From Andalucia godoyi And28 (Eukaryota; Protista; Jakobida): a stretch of 64,000 nt of DNA. Location: contig VRVR01000001.1 in the NCBI GenBank assembly GCA_009859145.1, forward strand, positions 140,463 to 204,462. The letters run 5' to 3'. Under the pieces are notes generated by a model. The model searched no databases. It was given only the letters and a program-made list of their open reading frames with translations, and was not told where the DNA came from. Positions 1-9,083 of the stretch are shown piece after piece (within the stretch, counting starts at the first letter, position 1; each line of letters opens with the position of its first letter). Made by a program: the position numbers and the translations under genes.

Positions 1-1193
1 GACTTTCCAGACCCAGACGGACCCACAATCGCCAGCGTCTTTGCTGGAGGGATGGTGAAGGAAATGTCCTTGATTGTTGGACCCCTGCTGCGATCATATC
101 CAAACCGCACATTGCGAAATTCAATCTGCGGCGCCGCCGACCTGGGAACCAGAGGTGGGGCATCAGGCACATCCTTCACGGTAACCGGTTCGTCAAGCAA
201 ATCCATCAATCGCTCAAGATCGATCGCACCATTTTTCAGCATACGATACTGGGAACCCAGCCACGACAGCGGAATAGACAGTTGCATCAAATACGTGAGA
301 AGCAGCACAAAGTCTCCCACTGTCATGTCTGAATGGACAACTTGTTTCGCAGCGATCAGCATAACCCCCAGCATTCCCAAGTTGATCAGAAATGCTTGTC
401 CGACGTTCAGCGCCGCCGAAGACTTTGCCGTAACAATCGCTGCCTCATTGTAATCCGCCATCGCCTCTTTGTACCGGTTGATTTCCATTCGCTCATTCCC
501 AAATGATTTAACAACTTCAAAATTGATCAAAGAGTCGACAGCGCGGTCATTCGCCAACGAATCCTTGTCGTTCATATGTCGTCGAAACTTTGTTCGCCAT
601 TCCGTGCACATTACTGTGAACCCAATGTACAGAGAAAGCGCCAAAAGAATTGTGAACGCAATGTCCACAGTGTAGATCGACGAAACAAGTACCACAACCA
701 ACAAGATTTCAATCATCGTTGGCAAAAATGAAAATGTTGCAAACGAAACAAGGTATTCCACAGCACGAGATCCTCGGTCGATGGCCCGCAGGACCGACCC
801 CGTCTTGCGTTTAATGTGGTACTCGGTCGGTAGGAAGTGCAAATGCGAAAGTGCGCGAACAGAAATGTCAAATACTGCAGTTTGCGACAGTTTCGAAAAC
901 ACAACATCTCGAATGTCTGACAAGAAGGACGAAACGAATCTTCCTCCAATGTACAGAAAGATCCATTTAGTCGGCATGCTTGGACTATCATCGGCAAGAG
1001 AATCAATGACCGCCTTGTACGCAAAAGGAGTAAGCAGATCCAGAGACTTTTCAATAATCAGGAGGATTACAGAAACAACGAGGCGCACTCGAAGCGGAAA
1101 GTTGTCTTTGGGCCAGAAAAACGGAATAAGACTCCGCAAGTAATGTCCATGCGCATGCTTTGCTTGAAAAGATTCCCGCGATTCAGGATCCAT
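1..1193 (-). CDS. ABCB half-transporter, ATM1/HMT1 (ABCB6/7)-like; 3' partial, runs off the window
   Basis: Manual minus-strand translation from ATG 1193: MDPESRES...LIPFFWPKDNFPLRVRL...KTGSVLRAIDRGSRAVEYL...EWRTKFRRHMNDKDSLANDRAVDSLINFEVVKSF...IEFRNVRFGY...AIVGPSGSGKS (Walker A at the window edge). Missing from the ORF track because no stop lies in the window. An upstream exon is possible (TTTTCAG just before the ATG). Confidence 0.9.
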   Translation of the reverse strand, partial: MDPESRESFQAKHAHGHYLRSLIPFFWPKDNFPLRVRLVVSVILLIIEKSLDLLTPFAYKAVIDSLADDSPSMPTKWIFLYIGGRFVSSFLSDIRDVVFSKLSQTAVFDISVRALSHLHFLPTEYHIKRKTGSVLRAIDRGSRAVEYLVSFATFSFLPTMIEILLVVVLVSSIYTVDIAFTILLALSLYIGFTVMCTEWRTKFRRHMNDKDSLANDRAVDSLINFEVVKSFGNERMEINRYKEAMADYNEAAIVTAKSSAALNVGQAFLINLGMLGVMLIAAKQVVHSDMTVGDFVLLLTYLMQLSIPLSWLGSQYRMLKNGAIDLERLMDLLDEPVTVKDVPDAPPLVPRSAAPQIEFRNVRFGYDRSRGPTIKDISFTIPPAKTLAIVGPSGSGK

Positions 1194-1444
1194 TCTGAAA
1201 ACTTTAATGATATCAAAAGACAAACAACGACAACAACAACAACAACAACAACAACAAAAAGAAAAAGAAAAAGGAAGAGCGGAACCGCAGACGGCACGTT
1301 TTTGGCAACGCGGACTTTATCGGGAATATTGTCGGACTCACTCGTCGGAGAGCTGAACTGGAAGAGTGGCCAGCAGAATTTTTTTGCTGCACCTGCTGTA
1401 GAACTACTGCAGGTTCTGTTGTGAAAACTCAAGCTTGCTGGTTT

Positions 1445-1580
1445 GGGCCAACATAGCACACTGCGTATGCATGGCCATCGCTAGTCATGCCGTAATCAAA
1501 TGTTGCAACCCGGGCCATGTCGCCATGGACTGGACGGGGGTAGGCTCCAACGCGCCTTGCCGGGGTTCTCAAGATAGATG
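1445..1580 (-). ncRNA. Putative Fanzor2 omegaRNA scaffold following the decayed nuclease gene
   Basis: Aligns by eye to 6625-6763 (ATCTATCTTrAGA, GGCGyGTTGGrGCCTACCCCC, GGGTTGCwACAT, GATTAyGG, AGCGATG). Contains a GCGA-tetraloop hairpin at 1469-1490 and a CAACAT/ATGTTG stem (1500-1505 with 1449-1454) that covary with the other copies. Confidence 0.75.
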
Positions 1581-1885
1581 TTGTTGCGCGCACCCAATCC
1601 CCAATCGCGATCAATCCAGCACGCACATTGTGGACATGCAAGCACCCTCCAATGCGGCGTTCCTTCCCTTCTGCCGGCTCCCCCCGCACCATACGAGACG
1701 TGCCGAATTTCGGAAGAACGATGGTGTCTTACTCCTCACACAGCCATTTTGCAAGCCTGCGGATCTGCTGACGTATCCGCAATCACGCGCCGCTTGTCGA
1801 GTGGGACTTGGTTCTCGTCCTGCACGACGCGAGGCTGTGGAGTGGACACGCCCCTGTGGTGGCCCAGCGTCAGAGAGATTGCGGC
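1568..1885 (-). pseudogene. Decayed Fanzor2 (IS607-type TnpB-like) nuclease gene with internal deletions
   Basis: Minus-strand frames give LRIRQQIRRL-AKWLCEE*DTIVLPKFGTSRMVRG...KERRIG and, after a frameshift/deletion, RVLACPQCACWIDRDWGLGARNNIYLEN (Zn-finger CxxC plus RuvC-III DRDxxGARNIYL-like motif). A possible RuvC-I remnant AAISL/DAG lies near 1863-1885. Confidence 0.8.
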
Positions 1886-2225
1886 GGAAATGTGATTCGT
1901 CTTGCGTAGCTTGGCAGGTGGTCACTTACATTGGCATCGCGTGGTAAAAACAAAAAAACACCCACAAAACAAAGGAGGTTGCTGCTTTTAAATAGTGTCT
2001 CAGAAAATTAGTGTCTGAACAATTGGAGGCACTCCACGCAAACAGCCTCGAATCCTGGGTTGTTGCCAAGCGAACAAATCTGGATTCTTTTGTTTTTTAC
2101 ATACGTTCATGCGTGTTGCTTGTTGTCGTCTTTTGTGAGAAACAGCATGCTTTCCATTTTGTCTGGTTCTCCTTTCTTTTTTCTTTTTTCTTTCTTCTTT
2201 ATTGTTGTTGTGCTTCCTTTTGCAG

Positions 2226-4556
2226 GTTTCTTCTCTTCGGATCCTTGCTGGTGATGATTTTGGCTTTGATGATTCTATTGGATTGACTCGAGAGGAAAAC
2301 AGGAAAGATATCCAGAAAAACAGAGGTACGACAAACCAAAAACACACTGCTCTCCCGAGAATGATGGATCCGCTGCTGCGGCTGAAAACATCTGTTTCTT
2401 CGTTTCCACAGACTCTATCTGATGAAAATGGTGCTACTCGTGTGATACACATTGGTGTTTCGTCTCCGCGGATGGATTCGGAGAGCCCGCGGGTGTCCTC
2501 TGCGAACTCCCATTATGGGATTTCTGTGATTGCGGTCGTCGATGTCAGTGGTTCGATGAAGGGTGAAGCGATCGTCACTGTTATACGTGCCCTGCAAGAC
2601 ACTGTAGATCTGCTTCGGCCGTTTGACATTTTCGGAATTGTCATTTTCGCGCAGGAGTCTTATGTGCTCTTCCCTCCTGCGTACATGAATACTCACAATA
2701 AGGAGCTTGCAAAGTACGCATTGTCGTACATGGATGCTGGTGGTGGGACTTCGATTCGTGAAGGCCTTCTTCGCGGATTGGACGTCATTGTAGATTCTGC
2801 CCATTTGGCAAGGAAAATGTCATTGGATAATACGGGTTCAATCTATGACAGAAAGACCCTGTTCCATGTTTGGCTGCTTACGGATGGACAGGCCGCAGAA
2901 GATCCTGCGGAAATTGCCGACTATGAGGCGCGATTCATGCAGCAGCACGATCTGGAGAGTTGCGTTGTGCATGGCATTGGGCTCGGCACGGATCATGACG
3001 CTTCTTTTTTGAAACAGGTCGTGTTTGGCCCATCTGGCCGTTATGTGTACATGAAAAGCCACACCGACGTCCATGATTTGCTGCAATCCATGACGGAAAT
3101 GGCACAATCGGTTGTTTTTGAGCAGGTTCTGCTGAGGATTCGAGGAATGTCATCTGCATTTCAACTCTCAACTCTGGAGACCATGTTTCCGGTCAAGACA
3201 ATCTCCGCGGCGGTTCAGGGAAACCCCGATGTCTTTCAGATCAATTTGGGTCAGTTGTGCGCTGGCGAGGAACGCTCTATCCTTGCGTTTGTCCAGGACG
3301 ATCGGTTCGGGGCCTGCGAAATCGCGGTGGAAGCAGTAGATGCGTGCAGCAAACAGCAGAAGTTCATCGCGCTTGATACGGCTGAATTGATAGGGTCTCA
3401 CGAGGAAGTCAAATCAGCCGTCGAAGCCCATGTGGAACACATCATGACACGCGAGCTGCAGTCGATCGAAGAAACATTTGTGAAGGGCCGGATGGTTCCG
3501 GATGACCAAAGGATGTCGAAATGCATCTCCGATTCCCTCTCCAAGATATCCAACACGCTGTGCGCAGCCAAAAGCTTTGTGGCTACAGACGGGAATGGAG
3601 ATCTCGAATCCTCTGTTCGGCTTGCTGACGTGTCCAAACAGCTGTTTTTCCTGGAAGACAAGCTGCATAGCGCCCTGAATGTCATTGCGGCGGATCCTCA
3701 ATCGCCAAGCGCTGCGACGTCCAGAGCCCCGGCTCCCCTCAACTCAAAGGACGTCTCACCCTCGCTGGACTCATGCTCCAATGGTGCCTCCACGCGCAGT
3801 GGGAAGGTGGCAGATGCTCTTTCGACGGTGGTGCATTTAGGCTATGCGTACGAAAGACAGCAACGCACTTCCCGCTGTTCGGATTTCTCCGCTTTGCTGA
3901 AAAGTGAGATCACGTCGGCCCGTCAGAACCTGCGTCGCATCAGTGTTACGAAGCAGTTGGCAGAGAGAGCCGTCGCCATTGCTTCCATTCCCGACGACAT
4001 CATGAAAGGCGTCTTTGGTTTGGGCGAACAGCTGCATCGCGTCGTGGAATCACACATCAATTCCGTCGATGTTGTGCTTGCTGCATGTGCCTATGCAGCA
4101 TCAAATGTCGGCCCACTGACGCGAACAATACCCGGTGAATGCGGCTGTTCTTGGATGGAATTCATGTACAGCCCCCTGTGTTCGGACTTCATAGCTGCGT
4201 TGGGGTGTGCCGCAACCAAGACTGACCAAGTCTGGCTGTCGCTGCTTGGGTTGTTCAGCCAGGGACTCGAGGAAGACTGCCTTGTTGTATCCGAAGCTCT
4301 CTGCAAAAAAGGTGTTTATGGAATCCTTAAAGACGTCATCCACCAACAGTTTTCCCACCGCGGAAGCCTCTGTACATCTCTTCAGTTCATCACAAACACA
4401 CTGGAATTGATGAGCGAGCAAAATTTACCTCGCAACACCATCATCAATGAGTTGTCTATCAAGCCCATTTCTCTCAAGACTCTCGAAATCTATTATGCGG
4501 GTGACAATGATATCATCAAGTCTTGTGAGAAACTGCGATCTTTGCTGCTGTTCTAA
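2226..4556 (+). CDS. von Willebrand factor A (VWA) domain protein
   Basis: MIDAS motif VVDVSGS, GGGTSI, LLTDG, IGLGTDHD, followed by a helical C-terminus. The start is uncertain: a TGCAG acceptor-like site ends at 2225 and the first ATG is at 2361. Confidence 0.85.
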   Translation, partial: VSSLRILAGDDFGFDDSIGLTREENRKDIQKNRGTTNQKHTALPRMMDPLLRLKTSVSSFPQTLSDENGATRVIHIGVSSPRMDSESPRVSSANSHYGISVIAVVDVSGSMKGEAIVTVIRALQDTVDLLRPFDIFGIVIFAQESYVLFPPAYMNTHNKELAKYALSYMDAGGGTSIREGLLRGLDVIVDSAHLARKMSLDNTGSIYDRKTLFHVWLLTDGQAAEDPAEIADYEARFMQQHDLESCVVHGIGLGTDHDASFLKQVVFGPSGRYVYMKSHTDVHDLLQSMTEMAQSVVFEQVLLRIRGMSSAFQLSTLETMFPVKTISAAVQGNPDVFQINLGQLCAGEERSILAFVQDDRFGACEIAVEAVDACSKQQKFIALDTAELIGSHEEVKSAVEAHVEHIMTRELQSIEETFVKGRMVPDDQRMSKCISDSLSKISNTLCAAKSFVATDGNGDLESSVRLADVSKQLFFLEDKLHSALNVIAADPQSPSAATSRAPAPLNSKDVSPSLDSCSNGASTRSGKVADALSTVVHLGYAYERQQRTSRCSDFSALLKSEITSARQNLRRISVTKQLAERAVAIASIPDDIMKGVFGLGEQLHRVVESHINSVDVVLAACAYAASNVGPLTRTIPGECGCSWMEFMYSPLCSDFIAALGCAATKTDQVWLSLLGLFSQGLEEDCLVVSEALCKKGVYGILKDVIHQQFSHRGSLCTSLQFITNTLELMSEQNLPRNTIINELSIKPISLKTLEIYYAGDNDIIKSCEKLRSLLLF

Positions 4557-4934
4557 ACGAGGTCTGCTACGCACAGACATAGACAGAGAGAAAGAAAGAG
4601 GAAGAGTGAGTGAGAGAGAGAGAGAGAGAGAGAGCCCGTTTTGCGAGTTGTGTGACAGGTAAAATAATCGAGGTTTTATTCTCAAACGCGGTTGTAAAAA
4701 ACGGTATCCTTCGCCGATCCCCCAAAACGAAAAAAGACTTGAAGGTTCAAGATGAGAGAAAGACCGCGTTTTGGTTTTTGTTTTTGTTTTTGCTTCTGTC
4801 CTTTACTTTCTTATTGCTATTTTTTTCTTTAATGTTTTTTTAAATCCCTGCATTGATTTCTTTCCTTCCTTGTTAAACACTGTTGTTTTTTTGAATATTG
4901 TTGGACGCTCATTTCTTTTCCGTGATACCTCTCA

Positions 4935-6289
4935 ATGAGCGCACAGGACCAGATCCGTGCTCTTGGACCGCAGTTTGCGTCGACCCTCGACTCGATACAC
5001 GCGCTTGCAAACCAAAAGTATGTTCTTCTTGAAACAATCCTTCATCGTCGTCGTCGTCGCTATGTTTCGACACTATGTGCCATTTCATTCTTTTTAAATT
5101 TGTTTGAATGCGTTGCTGACTGTCTTTGTTGTTCTTGTTGCTTTTTCGGGCAAATGTTGGTTTGTTTTGAAAATAATTTGTTTATTTTTGGGGTGTGCTT
5201 TGCGATTATTGTGATGAGAAAAAAAGGCTATGGCATCAGATGACGGATGCGCTTGAAAAGCTGCTTGTTGCGGCAGAACTTGGATTAAACCAGCTTCGGT
5301 TGCGACTGTTCAATGAATTTGTTCTTCCCAACATTCAGCGTCTGAATCCTCTTCGAGGAGCACTGCTTGCTGTGGAAGCGTCCTCACAGATCTCGTCTCC
5401 TGCAGAATCCATCCAGTTTCTACAGACCCGCATTTCTGATCTGTCCAAGGTCAGAGAAGACTGCTCACAAGCGGACGTTGTGCTCCGTGTTGCCGTTGCT
5501 TCTGCAACATTGGCTCTTGGCTCCATAAAGGAGGCTCGTGACCTTCTTGAAGCTTGCAGGAATGACGTCGAGGGTCTTCAGGATGTGGATGAGCGCGTGT
5601 TTTCGATTGCGTACCGCGCGTCTGCTTTGTATCTCAAGCAGTACGGAACGTCTTCCGAGTTCTATCGTATGGCACTGCTGTATCTTGCCTACACTCCTAT
5701 TGAAAGAATGAGTGTGGATGAGCAGCGGTTAGTTGCGTTTGACGTGGGTCTTGCGGCGCTTCTTGGTGACTCGGTCTACAACTTTGGAGAATTGCTGGCG
5801 CATCCGGCGGTGCGGTCGCTGGAGGGAACGCAGTATGAATGGCTGGCAAAAATGTTGGTTGCCTTCCACAGAGGGGACATTGTGGCGTATGAAAATCTAG
5901 TCGCGAGCCATAGAACGCAAATGGAAGCACTGCCGGTACTGCTGAACAATGCTGCACAGCTGAAGACAAAAATCCAGCTCATGGCGCTCGTCGAGCTTGT
6001 GTTCCGAAGATTCCCGGGACAGCGTGAGCTGCCGTTTTCTGATGTCGCGTGCGTGACGAACGAGCCAGTCGACCTCGTCGAAGTGCTTGTGATGAAGGCT
6101 CTCTCTCTCGATCTCATCCGCGGATCAATCGACCAGGTTCTCCAAACCATCCGTGTGGAATGGGTCCAACCACGCGTCTTGGACCGAACACAAATCCGTG
6201 CTGTCCGCGAAAAGTTCGACCACTGGATTAACAATGTCCACGAAGCACTTGTATTCCTCGAAAAGGAAACACCAGAACTCGTCGCTTAA
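4935..6289 (+). CDS. PSMD13: 26S proteasome regulatory subunit Rpn9 (PCI domain); exons 4935-5017, 5227-6289
   Basis: Splicing the GTATGT...AAG intron 5018-5226 restores QK-LWHQMT. Also NFGELLAHP, KIQLMALVEL, LVMKALSLDLIRGSIDQV, WVQPRVLD. Confidence 0.93.
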
Positions 6290-6466
6290 ACCACGCTCCT
6301 CTCCCTATCATAAACTGTTGCCACTTGTTGCGATATGATGACGCAATCTAAAGCGCACGCAAACAAACACACTGCCACGCGCTCATGCGCATGCGTCTGT
6401 CATCTTAATCAACTCCGTCACACGATGCCCGATTCGTTTCGCCCCATTTTGGTCATAAAACCCCTA

Positions 6467-6474
6467 TATAAATA
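6467..6474 (+). promoter_or_regulatory. TATA box (TATAAATA) inside the cassette
   Basis: TATAAATA is present in both cassette copies, ~60 nt upstream of an ATG that follows an AT-rich leader. Confidence 0.5.
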
Positions 6475-6534
6475 TGCCACCGCGTTGCATTCTCGCACAC
6501 CGACGCTCATTTCATGTCTTTATTTTTATTGTCC

Positions 6535-6633
6535 ATGCAACGCACCATATACGTCACGCCCGCAACGCTGCACAAGACCCATGACATCTCCATCGCCGCC
6601 ATGAAAGATCCGCAGCATCTACATCTATCTTAA
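6535..6633 (+). pseudogene. Stub resembling the N-terminal wHTH of an IS607 serine recombinase (TnpA), fused by deletion to the Fanzor 3' end
   Basis: MQRTIYVTPATLHKTHDISIAAMKDPQHLHLS*. The YVTP..L.K..DIS pattern resembles IS607 TnpA N-termini; similarity judged by eye only. Confidence 0.4.
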
Positions 6634-6763
6634 GAGCGTCTCTCATGCCGAGGGGCGTGTTGGGGCCTACCCCCTTCCCAATCATGCTGTGCATGCTGGG
6701 TTGCTACATGGATTATGGGTGATCAGCGATGATTATCCGTGGTTAGTGTACAATGTAGACGCT
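6625..6763 (+). ncRNA. Putative Fanzor2 omegaRNA scaffold, copy A (guide would be the flank from ~6764)
   Basis: GGGG-CCTA-CCCC hairpin; CATGC-TGT-GCATG hairpin; 9-bp GCGA-tetraloop hairpin at 6717-6738; CTACAT (6704-6709) pairs with ATGTAG (6753-6758) at the element end. Confidence 0.75.
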
Positions 6764-7063
6764 CCCGACGCAAGAAGTGAAAAAAAGGGACAAAATCCGT
6801 CGTAAGCATTTAATCGCTGCTATCCTCATTTCCCCCCGTTTTCTAGTGGTTTCTCCTACACGTGCACTACAAGTCCACAACATCGTTATTCTGAGAGAAC
6901 ACAAACGAGAGTCGCTGAGAATTGAGACGTGCGCACACCGACGTACACCAACACGAACACGAGCAGGAGACGAGACGAGACGATTTCGGCCGAGTCTTTT
7001 ATTTTTCCTCCTCTTTTTTTCTCTTCTTTTATTCTGCGATGCATAGATTATCGTGACTGATTC

Positions 7064-8932
7064 ATGAGCTTCTCCAAAGCAAAGCGGGATGCAGCATTCT
7101 GCTATTTCTCTAAAGATGGCGCAAATCCAGATTCCCACCGCGACCTATGTCTCGGCAACATCCGCTTGTACATCGTTGCGTTTGTGGGCAATGTGTGCTC
7201 GCCTTCCGCATGCGACTCCATGAACTCGCTCATTGGATGCAGCGCGTTCGATTCAAAAGAAAGATCGGATGTCGCATTCGTCGAGTCCTTTGTGCACTTC
7301 GATCGAAACACTATTTATTTGCGCGTTGTTACGCCTTTCCGATCCAACGACCTCCAGTCATTCTTCTTGGATACAGGTGCAATTTCTTCCGTATGCGTGT
7401 TTTCCCGCTCTGTGTTTACCTTGTGTCGTTTTTCTGCGATGATGGGGTTTTGTTTGCCGGTTTTTTATTACAAGTATGCGTGTTGCTTATGTATAATGCT
7501 GCTATTCAGTCTGGCCATGGTGGATTGTGGGAAAGTTCCATCCGGGCGCTGCTGTTCGCGTTTTATTCTTCTCATGTGGTCCTTGTATGTCGTTTTCCCC
7601 GGTTCTTCTTCTGCATCTACCAGTGCCGCTGCTACTACAACCTCCTCGTTTTCTTCTTCCTTTTGTATTGCTCAACAAGCGCGGTGTGCGGCAAGAATTT
7701 TTGCAGAATCACGAACACCAATACGGACACTGACGCTGGCAACGAATTTTTTTTAAATGTAGTTTATGGTGGATGGAAACAAACATCCTGCAACGTCTCT
7801 GCTTCGGGATTTGAGTGTGATTTCGCGCCCAATACCACAGTTGAATGCGTGGCTGCATGACAAGGTGGATGTGCCGTGCGTTTCCATAGTTCACTATAAT
7901 TCTGAGCCGTTACCATCCAAAGCGGAGGCGGGAATCGCGATGGTCGGGAACCCTGTCTACGAAGGACAGCGTCCGTTTGCGGGTTTACCAGCTCCTGCGA
8001 TCGCACAGAGTAATCCTGTGCCGCAACTGCAACCTGTTCCACAGCAGCAAAAGATTCTGTCAAGACCATCGACGACGGCAACGAAGGAAATAGCGTTGCA
8101 GTTTGGAGTGAAGCGGCTCGAGAACGATTATCGAGGTCTGCTGAAAAACATGCGGCAGTCAAAGCAGTATCGATTTTGCTTTGATCCAAATAACGTTGCT
8201 TTTTGCTTGCCGCGGAAGGGAACGTTCTCCGAAATGTTTGATGACAGCAGTGGCCAAATCATGAAGTTCCTTGACGAGCAGTTTGTCTATTTTCGAAAAC
8301 ACGCAGCACATCGGAAGGGCGCCGAGTTTCCGACTGGTGTCGAGTGGTTTGCCAGATCCAAGGAATTGTGCAAAGCTTGCTTCGCAGACCTGGACGTTGC
8401 CGAACTGCTCAGCCTGTTTCCGACAAACTCTCTCAGTCGCGCTCGATGTGCGGCCGCTTTCCAAACAGCAAGAATTGAACTGATGAATGCATTTGCTGTG
8501 CAAGCAACTGCGTCGTCCACCAGCACCAAGGCTCTCGAGGCACAGATTGAATGCATTGTTCGCAACTATCACCGACTTGCGTGCGGTCCGGAGCGCAAAA
8601 AATTCGATCAGATGCTGTGGTCTGAAATTCAGGGATTCGCGGCGGGAAGGCCTCTGATAGTTCAACAAGATCCTCAAGATATTGAAGATTCTGGACTTTC
8701 CGACGAGGATGAATCAGATGTTCTTGGAGTGGCCTCGAGATTGCAAGAATTAACGGTGCCTTCCGAACCCTTGGAACATGTAGCGGGCCGACCACGTAAG
8801 AACGGTCGTGCGGCAAAGTCGCTGGACATGATTCCGGAATCTCGGCAGTCGCCCCAACCTCCTGCTCCGCAAGTCCGTCAACGAGAATTTCAACCCAATC
8901 GTCGAGGTCTTAACGGAAAATCACGCAAATAA
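7064..8932 (+). CDS. Hypothetical protein; probable exons 7064-7390 and 7763-8932
   Basis: 388-aa ORF at 7766-8932. An upstream ORF has a phase-0 GTATGC donor at 7391 that matches the phase-0 TAG acceptor at 7762. No family recognised. Confidence 0.55.
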
Positions 8933-9083
8933 ACACAATGCGCTTTCAAGATGGGGAGGGGGGGGAACCAGAATTCTTGTTTATTTACAGACATGCTATC
9001 CGGACAGGGCTGTGTTTGTATTAGATTACCACAAACTCCTGGAAAGAGACAAACGGCACAACGAGTCGTCGCGCATTCCGGAA

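Larger units (their letters stand above)
6314..6763 (+). mobile_element. Non-autonomous IS607/Fanzor2-derived cassette, copy A (450 bp, no TIRs)
   Basis: ~98% identical to the reverse complement of 18886-19337 with sharp boundaries. The 3' ~140 nt is homologous to the sequence following the Fanzor2 pseudogene and begins with the last nuclease codons (..IYLK). Confidence 0.85.

Noticed and set aside
1429-1692. The ORF-track peptide LIAIGDW...TPARR looked like a Fanzor1 RuvC-II region
   Set aside because: It is an off-frame reading of the same DNA that encodes the more convincing Fanzor2 CPQC...IDRD motif and the RNA scaffold.
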